Shown here one piece after another: positions 37,299 to 46,015 of a stretch of DNA of 64,000 nt. How positions within the stretch are numbered: position 1 is the first letter of the stretch; every line of letters begins with the position of its first letter. The notes below the pieces were generated by a model. That model was not told the DNA's origin. It did no database searches and saw nothing but the letters and a program-made list of their open reading frames with translations. Made by a program: the position numbers and the translations under genes. The stretch is from sequence record MZ475898.1; one strand, given 5' to 3'.

Positions 37299-37304
37299 AA
37301 ATTA
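37299..37304 (-). promoter_or_regulatory. TAATTT promoter-like motif
   Basis: cgcTAATTTT, intergenic. Confidence 0.6.
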
Positions 37305-37373
37305 GCGACAAGGAGCTGTTTATTTCTGATCTTAGCGCAGGAAGACTTTACAAATTTTTTGACTGAGAATGAC

Positions 37374-37402
37374 AAAAGGGCCACCCGAAGGCAGCCCTTT
37401 TG
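37374..37402 (-). terminator. Rho-independent terminator (possibly bidirectional)
   Basis: AAAAGGGCTGCC-TTCG-GGTGGCCCTTTT. Confidence 0.88.
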
Positions 37403-37433
37403 TTTTCGCATCTGTGTAGCTGACCGAAGTCAA

Positions 37434-38093
37434 TTAAACAGTTACTTTACCTTTTGCTTTGGTCTTGGCAGCTTTCTTAGCGCCAGTCTTCTGAGCAGCG
37501 GTACCTTTGTGGTGAACAGCTTTAGCAGTAGTCTGCTTGCCACCTTTCAGACGCGGTAACGGCTTAAGGGTAGGCTTCTTCAGGGTAACTGCCTTCGGCG
37601 CCACTTTCGGAGTCACGATCTTACCGGCCTTGATGGTCGGCTTGTTCGCTTTACGCGCGGCCAGACGAGCTTTCTGTTTCGCGATCAGGTTGCTGTAACC
37701 AGCTTTCTGTTTCGCGGCCAGGTTGCTACGTGCAACTTTCTGACGGGCCAGCAGCAGTTTACGCACACGGCTCTGAGAAGCTTGGGTAGCTTTCAGACCT
37801 TTGGCATATTTAGCCTGGCGCTCTTTCAGGCGCTGCTCAATGCTTTTGCCTTTGGCGCGAGCTTTGGTTTTGCGCAGGTGGGTAGCACGCTCACCGTCGA
37901 ATTTTTTCTCAGCAGCGGTTTTCTTCGCAGCAGGTTTTTTCGCGGTCGCTTTTTTAGCAGTAGCTTTAGGAGCTTTTGCTTTTTTAGCGGCAGGAGCTTT
38001 CTTCGCAGCAGGTTTTTTAGCAGCGGTTTTCTTGGCTTTAGATCCACCTTTAACCGGGTCGGTAGGTGAAGTCAGTTTGCGTTTTACGGCCAT
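37434..38093 (-). CDS. Histone H1-like Lys/Ala-rich DNA-binding protein
   Basis: KKPAAKKAPAAKK.../KKTAA repeats; extremely basic. Confidence 0.8.
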   Translation of the reverse strand: MAVKRKLTSPTDPVKGGSKAKKTAAKKPAAKKAPAAKKAKAPKATAKKATAKKPAAKKTAAEKKFDGERATHLRKTKARAKGKSIEQRLKERQAKYAKGLKATQASQSRVRKLLLARQKVARSNLAAKQKAGYSNLIAKQKARLAARKANKPTIKAGKIVTPKVAPKAVTLKKPTLKPLPRLKGGKQTTAKAVHHKGTAAQKTGAKKAAKTKAKGKVTV

Positions 38094-38159
38094 GATTATA
38101 TCCTCAAGTTACAATGAAACTTCGTCCTATGGACATTAAGTTTTGAAATCAGCAAGTAA

Positions 38160-38165
38160 AAATTA
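38160..38165 (-). promoter_or_regulatory. TAATTT promoter-like motif
   Basis: tacTAATTTT, intergenic. Confidence 0.6.
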
Positions 38166-38208
38166 GTATAATCCCCGTAGGAATAAACAGGAAATTTCCT
38201 AAACATTT

Positions 38209-39288
38209 TTACTGTACTGTATATCCGATTTCAGACAACACCGCGTCCAATTCTTTCCGTGCTCGCACACGCAAAGACTTTTTAATTCCCGATGCCTTAA
38301 GGTAATCCTTTAGGCCATCACGTGGGTCGATATCCGCAAGCGCCAACTCACTAACATCAACTGTATCTATATTATCGAGATCGACACGTTTATTCGTGGA
38401 ATTTATTTGGGAAATGTTAGGCACGCGTGTGCGTATATCTGCTGGGATAGAGACTTCTTCTTTCACTATAACTCGATAACGAATAGCAGAGTTGGCTTCG
38501 AGACGCGACCAATCCTTTTGAGTTTCAATCAATACTGTTTCCAGTCTAAAGCCAGGCTTGCTGTCAACAAACTTCTGCTTGACCACCAGCTCTTTGTTCT
38601 TGTACTGCGCCTTGAAGTGAATGAAACCTTTAGGCAGAGACTCGCCGAATGTCTTTTGATACGGTGCACCACAGTACGTGAAACGTTTCTTCTCCAGCAC
38701 TTGATGCAAATGGATGTGACCACTGATCGTGTAATCGCGTGGGTCAACCTTAATGTCGTGCTTCGCTTTGAGAGGACGACCGTTATCGCCCAGAGCACCA
38801 ACAGCTTCAACGTGACAGAAGTTAAGACACGGCTTCTTGTGCTTGATGCTTTCCTTTGCAGGGTGCGGTAGGAAGTTAACAACGATGCCGTCAATCTCAA
38901 CCTGTTCTGGTCTGAGATAGATGTGCAGCGACTTGAGGAACGACCACTCACAGAATGTTTTAATCAGGTCCATGCTGGTGGTTGTCATGTCCGCCCAGTC
39001 ATGATTGCCGCCACAGTAATGACTTTCAATGATACCGTCATACTTAAGGAAGTGCTGCATCAGTCTGCGCTTAGTCTCATCGTCCATGCGGAACTTATCA
39101 GTAATGTCGCCTGGGATAAAGATGTGCTTGATGCCGTGCTCAAGGGCATACTGGTAGATGCGATCAATTGTTTCGAGTTGACGGTCAACGTGATCTTGTG
39201 GGAAGTGATTCGATAAACCTTCCAAGTGCCAGTCAGCGGTTGCAAGTGCTTCAAGGAACGCAGTGGCGATCTTACTCTTTTTCATCAT
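38209..39288 (-). CDS. sbcD: SbcD/Mre11-like metallophosphoesterase nuclease
   Basis: ADWHL, GDITD, GNHD, FCH, SGHIH motifs. Confidence 0.9.
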   Translation of the reverse strand: MMKKSKIATAFLEALATADWHLEGLSNHFPQDHVDRQLETIDRIYQYALEHGIKHIFIPGDITDKFRMDDETKRRLMQHFLKYDGIIESHYCGGNHDWADMTTTSMDLIKTFCEWSFLKSLHIYLRPEQVEIDGIVVNFLPHPAKESIKHKKPCLNFCHVEAVGALGDNGRPLKAKHDIKVDPRDYTISGHIHLHQVLEKKRFTYCGAPYQKTFGESLPKGFIHFKAQYKNKELVVKQKFVDSKPGFRLETVLIETQKDWSRLEANSAIRYRVIVKEEVSIPADIRTRVPNISQINSTNKRVDLDNIDTVDVSELALADIDPRDGLKDYLKASGIKKSLRVRARKELDAVLSEIGYTVQ

Positions 39289-39314
39289 TCTGTTCCATAC
39301 GTTTTAGTGTAAGC

Positions 39315-39323
39315 TATTTACAG
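39315..39323 (-). promoter_or_regulatory. CTGTAAATA promoter-like motif
   Basis: Between a terminator and the sbcD start. Confidence 0.65.
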
Positions 39324-39347
39324 AATAAAGGGCAGCCGAAGCCGCCC
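39324..39347 (-). terminator. Rho-independent terminator
   Basis: GGGCGGC-TTCG-GCTGCCC-TTTATT. Confidence 0.8.
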
Positions 39348-39366
39348 AATGCTGGTCAGATGATAA

Positions 39367-39372
39367 AAATTA
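39367..39372 (-). promoter_or_regulatory. TAATTT promoter-like motif with no downstream gene
   Basis: caaTAATTTT between two terminators. Confidence 0.45.
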
Positions 39373-39382
39373 TTGTACAAAT

Positions 39383-39410
39383 AGAAAACGCCCCGTTAGG
39401 AGCGTTTTCT
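39383..39410 (-). terminator. Terminator-like inverted repeat
   Basis: AGAAAACGC...GCGTTTTCT at the stop of 39409-40179. Confidence 0.75.
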
Positions 39411-40179
39411 ATAGATCAGTATAGGAGCGAGTGAAATACGACTGTACCATAGGCCGAGTACCTGCAATCAAGTTTTGACCGAAGAATATATCGTCAGCAC
39501 TGAATCGAAACAGTCGATTGTTAAACACGCATTCATACTTGAAGGGATTTCGTGGCGTATCGTTTTCTGTCGTGTCCAAATACAGAATCATGTCGGAATC
39601 ATCATAGCTGGTGTAGCTGTATGATGAGGCATTGATAGTCATAGACTCACAGCGAATGTAGCGGAAGGTGGGCGGGTTATCCACGAAGTTATAGGTGTCT
39701 AGTTCGACCTTACCTACTCGCGCAACACGAAAACTATTATTGGCATCCGTTACCATCAATGCGCTAATAGTCAGAGAAGGCGACTGGGCTCCTGTACGAA
39801 CATGCGTGCGCCCGTAAAACATCCGACTGCGTAACGTTGTATCGTTAGAAAAGAAAATTGTATTGCACGGAGTCCATGCAAGCGCAGTCACCTCTTGACC
39901 TAGAGAACAACCTCCAGCCAGAGTAGTGCCAGTGTGAATGTTGCTTGCGTTAGGCATAGCAGTGTATGCCCACTTCAGGTTTGATGCATAGCGCTTGGCA
40001 GCAGCCACGCCACTAACAGTATTAGCCTGACCATTTATGCCAAGCGTGAACAACGATTTGTTTACGACGTCTAACGGCGAAGCCACGTTGTCAAGCAGTG
40101 AGGTCTGATCGTCAAACGCAAACACTTGAGGACACAGCTTGTCGAATACTCCGTAATTGGTTAGATGGTATTGCATCAT
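39409..40179 (-). CDS. Hypothetical protein (256 aa), possibly a distant paralog of 40692-41516
   Basis: Similar size and beta-rich, T/S/N/G-rich composition. Confidence 0.7.
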   Translation of the reverse strand: MMQYHLTNYGVFDKLCPQVFAFDDQTSLLDNVASPLDVVNKSLFTLGINGQANTVSGVAAAKRYASNLKWAYTAMPNASNIHTGTTLAGGCSLGQEVTALAWTPCNTIFFSNDTTLRSRMFYGRTHVRTGAQSPSLTISALMVTDANNSFRVARVGKVELDTYNFVDNPPTFRYIRCESMTINASSYSYTSYDDSDMILYLDTTENDTPRNPFKYECVFNNRLFRFSADDIFFGQNLIAGTRPMVQSYFTRSYTDL

Positions 40180-40682
40180 GACCTCTCTTTAAATCTCAGC
40201 CAGTCATTCCACCAGTAATCAACAGGAATGGATTTGCGTAGCGCATAGTCAATGCAGTTCTGAGTTCCTGAAGGAGCACCACAGCACAATGATGCAAGTC
40301 TGTCTGTGTTATCTACCATGAAGTGATTACGCTTGTTCAACGCGAACCCTACATTGCCGTCCATGTGAAGCACGTCTTCTTTCGAACTGACTATGTGGAC
40401 TTCGTGGCTTTTGTTCAGCAGCACATCGAGATCCCAAACGCTCTCAGTAGGCCAGCGTTCGTTGAAGCCCAAATAAGGAATGCAAGACACGATGCGGTGA
40501 CCTTGAGCAAGTCCGGCAGCAGCGACAGCTTGGTCGAAGCCTAACGCACAGCCTACCCAGAGTTCTACATCTGTGTCTATCTTTAACAGCTGACGGCGGG
40601 CGAACTTATAGAGGCGTTGTTTTGCCTCAGAACCGTACCCACCTAAATACTGTGGACGGTGACCAGTGAATGAAAGTTTCAT
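40176..40682 (-). CDS. SLOG-superfamily protein (YspA/DUF1273-like)
   Basis: SFTGHRP, G.ALGFDQ..A, RNHFMVD, G..SGT.NC..YA motifs. Confidence 0.85.
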   Translation of the reverse strand: MKLSFTGHRPQYLGGYGSEAKQRLYKFARRQLLKIDTDVELWVGCALGFDQAVAAAGLAQGHRIVSCIPYLGFNERWPTESVWDLDVLLNKSHEVHIVSSKEDVLHMDGNVGFALNKRNHFMVDNTDRLASLCCGAPSGTQNCIDYALRKSIPVDYWWNDWLRFKERS

Positions 40683-40688
40683 GATCAC

Positions 40689-40697
40689 TATTTACAG
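40689..40697 (-). promoter_or_regulatory. CTGTAAATA promoter-like motif
   Basis: 6 nt upstream of ATG 40682; overlaps the upstream stop codon. Confidence 0.55.
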
Positions 40698-41516
40698 TTG
40701 TATTGTGGCTCTACTGCGTATCGAAAGTGAAGGCTTTGTGCCCGGTGCTACAGGCAAATTGATCTGATCGCTTACTACCAGTTCGTCTTTGAGTTTGACG
40801 ATCACCTTTAGTGCTGGAGAGTACATGATGCCCAAGTCCAGTATAGGCTTTTCGTCCTCAGGCACGAAATTGCCTGTCAGCCAAGAGATGCAGTTAGAGT
40901 TTATCAGAGCGGCACGTCCACCGTAGCCAGGACGTTCGTGGCCGTAAGAGGCTTGACCTCGCATGATAAGCAGCTCAGGCAGAACTGGACCAAATGAATA
41001 TTTGGGATTGTCGTAGCGATAGGTTTCGTAAGAGGCAGTGTTGCCTAGCGTGTATATGTCAGGGCCTGTGATAGTATTCATTCGAGCAACGAATGTGTAG
41101 GAGTAACCGCCACCATATGCGCCATAGCAACCGAACATAGGCATAGACATTGCAACTGTTGAGTCACGCGCAACCTCAGGAAAAACAGTAGCCAAAGAGT
41201 TTGTGTTTTGGTGAGCTACACCCATAACAGTATCTGCACCAACGTTATACGAACCTATCACAGGGTTCGTTATCATGTCACTGAATTTTGTTCGGCGGGT
41301 ATTGAACATGAAATTGGTCATATAGTAGTTGTTGCCTAGTTGGCCTACAACGCCATTGACGAATGTTCTGCCTGCAATGCCTCGTGCTTTGGGCGTCAGT
41401 GCAACTATCTGATCAGGTGACTCTATCTCATCGATGTTGATTGCATCGCGTGAGTCGAACATTACCAGCTCACCAAATTGTTCGAATGTAGTATTTGCTT
41501 GCGCTAGATATAACAT
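40692..41516 (-). CDS. Hypothetical protein (274 aa)
   Basis: ORF with AAGGA RBS. Confidence 0.72.
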   Translation of the reverse strand: MLYLAQANTTFEQFGELVMFDSRDAINIDEIESPDQIVALTPKARGIAGRTFVNGVVGQLGNNYYMTNFMFNTRRTKFSDMITNPVIGSYNVGADTVMGVAHQNTNSLATVFPEVARDSTVAMSMPMFGCYGAYGGGYSYTFVARMNTITGPDIYTLGNTASYETYRYDNPKYSFGPVLPELLIMRGQASYGHERPGYGGRAALINSNCISWLTGNFVPEDEKPILDLGIMYSPALKVIVKLKDELVVSDQINLPVAPGTKPSLSIRSRATIQL

Positions 41517-41616
41517 ACAAAATTCCTTAGAGGCAGGTCAGGGCAAACGTGGAACGCTTACTTGCTGAACTTTGGAGGGAGTTAGGCACAGAGCACTTCC
41601 ATGTGCTCACCTACTG

Positions 41617-41982
41617 TTACGCGATGACTGTGATTTCGTGGTCTTTAGACGACCACACTTTCTCACGGATGTTACGAGGCATAACGATGCAACCGTTAGA
41701 CGCTGTGCCTGGTGCTTTGATGCTATCGCCATGCATCTGGAAAGACGCACGACCAAACATCTCATTGTCCTTGTGCGGCACTAAGTCCATGATGTACGGA
41801 CCAGTCTTCTGACTAGTGCGCGGAGCACTGCATGTATAGACACCCTGAGGCAGTGGGCCTTCGTTCTTGACTGACTGCGACTGAGGGTCATTCTTGTGAG
41901 CACCCAGACCAGCATAGCCACGAGCCACCAACTGGTGGTTGGCATCAAACAGTTCACCTGTACTTTGTTTATAAGTCCACAT
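41617..41982 (-). CDS. Tlde1/DUF2778-type L,D-transpeptidase-like cell-wall enzyme (start corrected to MWTYKQSTG)
   Basis: GY.G....KN.P......GP.P.G.Y, FQMHGD....PGTASNGCI catalytic H...C motif. Confidence 0.82.
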   Translation of the reverse strand: MWTYKQSTGELFDANHQLVARGYAGLGAHKNDPQSQSVKNEGPLPQGVYTCSAPRTSQKTGPYIMDLVPHKDNEMFGRASFQMHGDSIKAPGTASNGCIVMPRNIREKVWSSKDHEITVIA

Positions 41983-42003
41983 AGGATTCTCCTGAGAAAT
42001 GAG

Positions 42004-42024
42004 AAAGCCCCAATTAAGGGGCTT
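42004..42024 (-). terminator. Terminator-like hairpin
   Basis: AAGCCCC-TTAATT-GGGGCTT-TC; weak U-tract. Confidence 0.6.
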
Positions 42025-42028
42025 AGGT

Positions 42029-43108
42029 TTATTTACGAGTTTTCTTCGCTGCACCGTACTCTGGGTTCTTGTTGGAGATATTGTACTGACGACCACCAGC
42101 TTCCTGGATCATGTCAGGCAGTTCATCCAATCCAGTTTTCTCGGCGTGCGCACCTGTGAACTGGTAAGTCTTACCATCTTTGGCCATGATCTCAATTGAA
42201 CCATTCTTACCGATAGAATAATTCATGTGCTTGAGGTCAGACTTACGGAAGCCAGGGATTTCCTTCTTGGCGTTGGCCAGCATAGTTTTTTCTTCCGCCG
42301 CCCACTGCTTACGCATTTGTGCCAAACGCTTCGCACCGCCTGGTTTCATTTTCTTCATTGCACCAGGACGAACTTGTTTCTGTGCAGGCTTGCCCAGAAG
42401 TTTTTCTGCACGGTCCGCTTTGATTGCACGCTTCTTCTCTGGGGTATAAGCACCGCCACCCACCAGACCTTTACGCTTCTTCCTTAACATCGGTGCAGTG
42501 GCTGCATCTACTTCATCCATGGAAAGAACGCGGCCTTTAGCTGGCGCTTTCTTAGCTGCTTTGGTGATGGTCTTGCTGCCCAGAGCATCGAACTTCGCAG
42601 AAGCCAGGAACTTAGGCTTGAACTGACCACGCTTGCCGGTAACGCCGAACTCGTTCAGCTTGGCAGTGCGCAGCGCAGCTAACACCTTAGGTGCTTTCTC
42701 TGTGATACCCTGAAGAGAAGTTGAGGTCAGACCCATCTTCAAGCCAGACAGTCCGTGCTTACGTGCATAAGACGCAGACTCTTTCAGATGCAACTTGGCT
42801 TCTTTCAGTGCAGCGCTGCCCTTAGCTTTATAGTCAGCGGCTTTGGCACTAGCGCGAGACTTTGCATCACCCGTCAGCGTTTTGACTTTAGCGCGGGCCT
42901 TGCTCCACGCATCGATGTTACGCGCAGCGCTAACGCCAGCAGTCTTAGCTTTCTTCAAATGACCAAGGATGGTCGTCAGTTCTGATTTCTTCTCTGAGTT
43001 AATAACCAGAGTAGCAACGCCATTCACCTTGGCGATTTTGTAGCTAGGCTTTTTAGCAGCAGACTCTGACACAACGTGGTCTGCGAGATTGATTTTAATG
43101 AGTGACAT
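42029..43108 (-). CDS. Lys/Ala-rich putative internal head protein (MSLIKINL...SESA family)
   Basis: Tandem paralog of 43119-44120 over the first ~120 aa. Confidence 0.72.
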   Translation of the reverse strand: MSLIKINLADHVVSESAAKKPSYKIAKVNGVATLVINSEKKSELTTILGHLKKAKTAGVSAARNIDAWSKARAKVKTLTGDAKSRASAKAADYKAKGSAALKEAKLHLKESASYARKHGLSGLKMGLTSTSLQGITEKAPKVLAALRTAKLNEFGVTGKRGQFKPKFLASAKFDALGSKTITKAAKKAPAKGRVLSMDEVDAATAPMLRKKRKGLVGGGAYTPEKKRAIKADRAEKLLGKPAQKQVRPGAMKKMKPGGAKRLAQMRKQWAAEEKTMLANAKKEIPGFRKSDLKHMNYSIGKNGSIEIMAKDGKTYQFTGAHAEKTGLDELPDMIQEAGGRQYNISNKNPEYGAAKKTRK

Positions 43109-43118
43109 AGAGGTGACC

Positions 43119-44120
43119 TTATGCGTTGTATTGAGTCAATGGCCGCGGCTTACGCTTAGGCAAACGTTTTGTTTTTATACCAGCAGCTTTATCTGAGGCG
43201 CGCTTATCTTCGCGTGCAGAGATGCCTACTGTTTGTGACAGGTAGCTGGTCAATGAAGCCTTAGACAGGGTTTCTTTGCGCTTGCCTGAGTCAACAACAT
43301 AGGAATTGCCGGAAGCGTGTGTGATCTTGAGCTTGAGCTTACCATTGTCATAATGGATGTTGCCGTCAGCATCACCGTACAGTTTGGCAGACGCAGCTTT
43401 TTCCTGATACTTCTCCAGCTTGTCGATAACGCTACGCAGAGCGCTACTGCTTTTGTAGATATTGTTCAGGTGCTTCTTGCCTTCGTCCACTTTAGGCGCG
43501 GCAGCTTTCTTCGTCACAGGCTTTGTAACTAAACGCTTGGTAGTTTTCACAGCAGGTGCTTTACCCGAAGCTGCGATCTTCTCACCAATCTTATCGAACT
43601 TATCACCAGTAGCATATCGAGGCTTCAAAGGTACTGTGCGATGTGCACCGTCTTTTGCACGGAAGCTATCAGGCTTCGCTTTACTGATCTTGCCTAACGT
43701 ATAGGTCGGGTCAGTTTGTGTGATATAGGACGCTTTGATGGACAGGTCGAGCGCACTCAAGCCAGCTTTCTTCAAAAGGTCAGCAGCAGCTTTAGCAAGT
43801 GCTTTGGCCTCTGTTACACCGTGCTTGATAGAGGCTTTGTTATCGCTAATCTTTTCACGAATAGGCGCTTTCTTTGCAGGGGTCTGCGCCTGACTCAGCT
43901 TGAGTTTCAATTTCTCAGTAGCAACACCAAGCTTTGCCGCAGACACACCGAGAGTTTTGGCCTTCTTGAGATTAGCAACGGCCTTCGTAACAGCAGACTT
44001 GTGTTTGCTGTCAATTACGAGGGCCTGTGCACCGCCGATAGGAACGAGATGATAAGCTGGCTTAGCTTTGGCCGATTCAGATACTGCAAACTCCGCCAAA
44101 TTGATTTTGATAAGTGACAT
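43119..44120 (-). CDS. Lys/Ala-rich putative internal head protein (MSLIKINL...SESA family)
   Basis: MSLIKINLA...SESA...P.Y......LVI.S..KS...LKKAKT.GVSAA shared. Confidence 0.72.
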   Translation of the reverse strand: MSLIKINLAEFAVSESAKAKPAYHLVPIGGAQALVIDSKHKSAVTKAVANLKKAKTLGVSAAKLGVATEKLKLKLSQAQTPAKKAPIREKISDNKASIKHGVTEAKALAKAAADLLKKAGLSALDLSIKASYITQTDPTYTLGKISKAKPDSFRAKDGAHRTVPLKPRYATGDKFDKIGEKIAASGKAPAVKTTKRLVTKPVTKKAAAPKVDEGKKHLNNIYKSSSALRSVIDKLEKYQEKAASAKLYGDADGNIHYDNGKLKLKITHASGNSYVVDSGKRKETLSKASLTSYLSQTVGISAREDKRASDKAAGIKTKRLPKRKPRPLTQYNA

Positions 44121-44129
44121 AGCTGTTCC

Positions 44130-44726
44130 TTAGACTCTGCCGGTCATAGTAAATTCTTTGCCCGCAGAGTAATCTCCTAAGGCCGCATAAAGAGAATCAC
44201 GCAACATCTTCTGAATGATATCCGAGTTATACGCGGACGCATCGCGGAAAGCGACTTCAACAGTTTCAGTGCGTGGGTTAATCACAGCATAACGCAGAGG
44301 TGCAATCTCCTGAGCGTCACACCACAGATCGACAACGTGCTGTAGTCCAGGCGTCATCTGAATTTTGAAATCAGACAGCAGGAACACAGCACTTTGAATC
44401 GGAGGCGGAGCAGACTGAGAGACAACAGCATTGTCCCCAAGTTTCTCCATAGCCATAGATGCATTGTACACTGAGGAGAATTTCGTTTTCAGTGCAGAGG
44501 TCTGTACTACCTTATAGCTATTCGATGAAATGCCCTGACGACGCAGCTTGGCGATACGCACAACGTAGTCACCAGAATCGTCTGAGGCAAATGCAACGTA
44601 AGCGTAGCTCACGAAGCCAGGCTCCTCACTAAGCAGCTTGTGGTCGAGGGCACGAACACCCAAGACAGCACTAAGTGCCTGTAAGCCCATCTGAACTTCG
44701 CGGGACAGAGACACGTACATTTCCAT
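44130..44726 (-). CDS. Hypothetical protein with MEMYVSLS N-terminal tag
   Basis: 198-aa ORF. Confidence 0.7.
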   Translation of the reverse strand: MEMYVSLSREVQMGLQALSAVLGVRALDHKLLSEEPGFVSYAYVAFASDDSGDYVVRIAKLRRQGISSNSYKVVQTSALKTKFSSVYNASMAMEKLGDNAVVSQSAPPPIQSAVFLLSDFKIQMTPGLQHVVDLWCDAQEIAPLRYAVINPRTETVEVAFRDASAYNSDIIQKMLRDSLYAALGDYSAGKEFTMTGRV

Positions 44727-44733
44727 TAGCGAA

Positions 44734-45303
44734 TTATTTAACCCCTACGTGTTTGGCAAGATTGATAACGCGAGTAACCCAACCATACACGTTCTCTTCT
44801 TGGTCTTCTGACTTCTTCGCCAGATTAAGCAAGAATGCTTTACGCATGGAGTTGAAGCTATCTGTAAGTACAGAAATGTCACGCACCTTAGCGTACAGAC
44901 CTAAGGTTGATAACGTTTTAGGTCCGATGTTTGGTGCAGGCACAAAATCGGGATACAACTTCTGGCGATTGTTGAATACGTTCAGCAGGCCTTGAAGCTC
45001 CAGCGCAGCAGTACCCGCACCTGAGTTGACTGCATAGTCAAACACATAGATGGCAAGTTCTTCGCTGTACTTGGCAATGTCATCGCATTTGCACAAGTCC
45101 CAATAGTTCTTGGCGTAGATCGCTTCTGCGGTCTCACGAGGCAATACTTTCATATCACCCTGATAACCATAAGCGCGAGCGACTGGCTGAGTGATACCCC
45201 AACGAGTGGGGCCGCCACGGTCAGCAGCGCGATTTGTGTAACGTTCGCCACCTTCTCGGTCGATAAGCTCTGAGGTAGCGCGAATAGCTAATTGACTAGG
45301 CAT
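44734..45303 (-). CDS. Endolysin, glycoside hydrolase family 108 with C-terminal PG-binding domain (start corrected to MPSQLA)
   Basis: REGG.Y.N...DRGG.T.WGIT, A..IY...YW, FD.AVNSG motifs. Confidence 0.92.
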   Translation of the reverse strand: MPSQLAIRATSELIDREGGERYTNRAADRGGPTRWGITQPVARAYGYQGDMKVLPRETAEAIYAKNYWDLCKCDDIAKYSEELAIYVFDYAVNSGAGTAALELQGLLNVFNNRQKLYPDFVPAPNIGPKTLSTLGLYAKVRDISVLTDSFNSMRKAFLLNLAKKSEDQEENVYGWVTRVINLAKHVGVK

Positions 45304-45331
45304 GATATTTACCTTTACGAAGTGTACGAGA

Positions 45332-45337
45332 AAATTA
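45332..45337 (-). promoter_or_regulatory. TAATTT promoter-like motif
   Basis: tgaTAATTTT upstream of the endolysin. Confidence 0.6.
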
Positions 45338-45351
45338 TCATAGGGAACGAC

Positions 45352-45371
45352 AAAAGGGGCCGAAGCCCCTT
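45352..45371 (-). terminator. Rho-independent terminator
   Basis: AAGGGGC-TTCG-GCCCCTTTT. Confidence 0.88.
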
Positions 45372-45709
45372 CAGAATAGCCATCTAATTGAATAGCAGAA
45401 CAAGCCTGACCAAAAACCAATATGAGCGCAGTATGCGTGTTGCATGAAACGTGATTGCACATACGGCTTTAGGAAGCAATCATACAGCGCACCATACATA
45501 CCACCGAGTGCTGCGAACACTAGCATCGTACAGGCAAGCTGCATCTGAGGCATATCTACGACAAAGATACCAACAAGGACGATCAGCACTTCAACGATTA
45601 CCAGATGATAGATGTTCAGCGGTTTGGTGAAGCCGCCGCACACAAGAGGTCTAAGGTCAGCAGACGCAACCATCAAAAACAGGATTAGAAATTGATAGTC
45701 GATTGACAT
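45371..45709 (-). CDS. Small multi-pass membrane protein (holin-like candidate)
   Basis: 112 aa with 3-4 hydrophobic segments; adjacent to the endolysin but separated by a terminator. Confidence 0.55.
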   Translation of the reverse strand: MSIDYQFLILFLMVASADLRPLVCGGFTKPLNIYHLVIVEVLIVLVGIFVVDMPQMQLACTMLVFAALGGMYGALYDCFLKPYVQSRFMQHAYCAHIGFWSGLFCYSIRWLF

Positions 45710-46014
45710 GCGTGATCGACCTCATCGGTTGTGATGCGTTGTTGACGTCTGGCCTTGAGGGCGACTTGAGCCATCATACCGTTCTTGACCATTTGCTGCA
45801 ACTCTTCATCAGTCAGTGCGCTCATCGCCTGTTTGATATGACTGAGATTAGCGAGGTCACGAGGGTCGAAGTGGTCAGAATGTTTGTGGACAACAGCACT
45901 GCCAAGACGACCAACATCCATTCCTGCACAACGATGCCAGACTTCATCCGCATCAGGGTCAGTCTGCACAAGCAGCGTGCCGTGACGCTCAACGTCATGA
46001 ATGTTACGACTCAT
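45685..46014 (-). CDS. Hypothetical protein (start corrected to MSRNIHD)
   Basis: GGGAG RBS; follows the upstream stop. Confidence 0.65.
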   Translation of the reverse strand: MSRNIHDVERHGTLLVQTDPDADEVWHRCAGMDVGRLGSAVVHKHSDHFDPRDLANLSHIKQAMSALTDEELQQMVKNGMMAQVALKARRQQRITTDEVDHACQSTINF

Positions 46015-46015
46015 A

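Noticed and set aside
37434-38093. CRISPR-like or iteron repeat array
   Set aside because: The repeats are degenerate in-frame Lys/Ala codon repeats of a protein; no constant-length repeat-spacer array exists anywhere in the window
45371-45709. Firm holin call for the membrane protein beside the endolysin
   Set aside because: A terminator and a separate TAATTT promoter lie between the two genes and the ORF belongs to the sbcC operon, so it is kept only as a candidate
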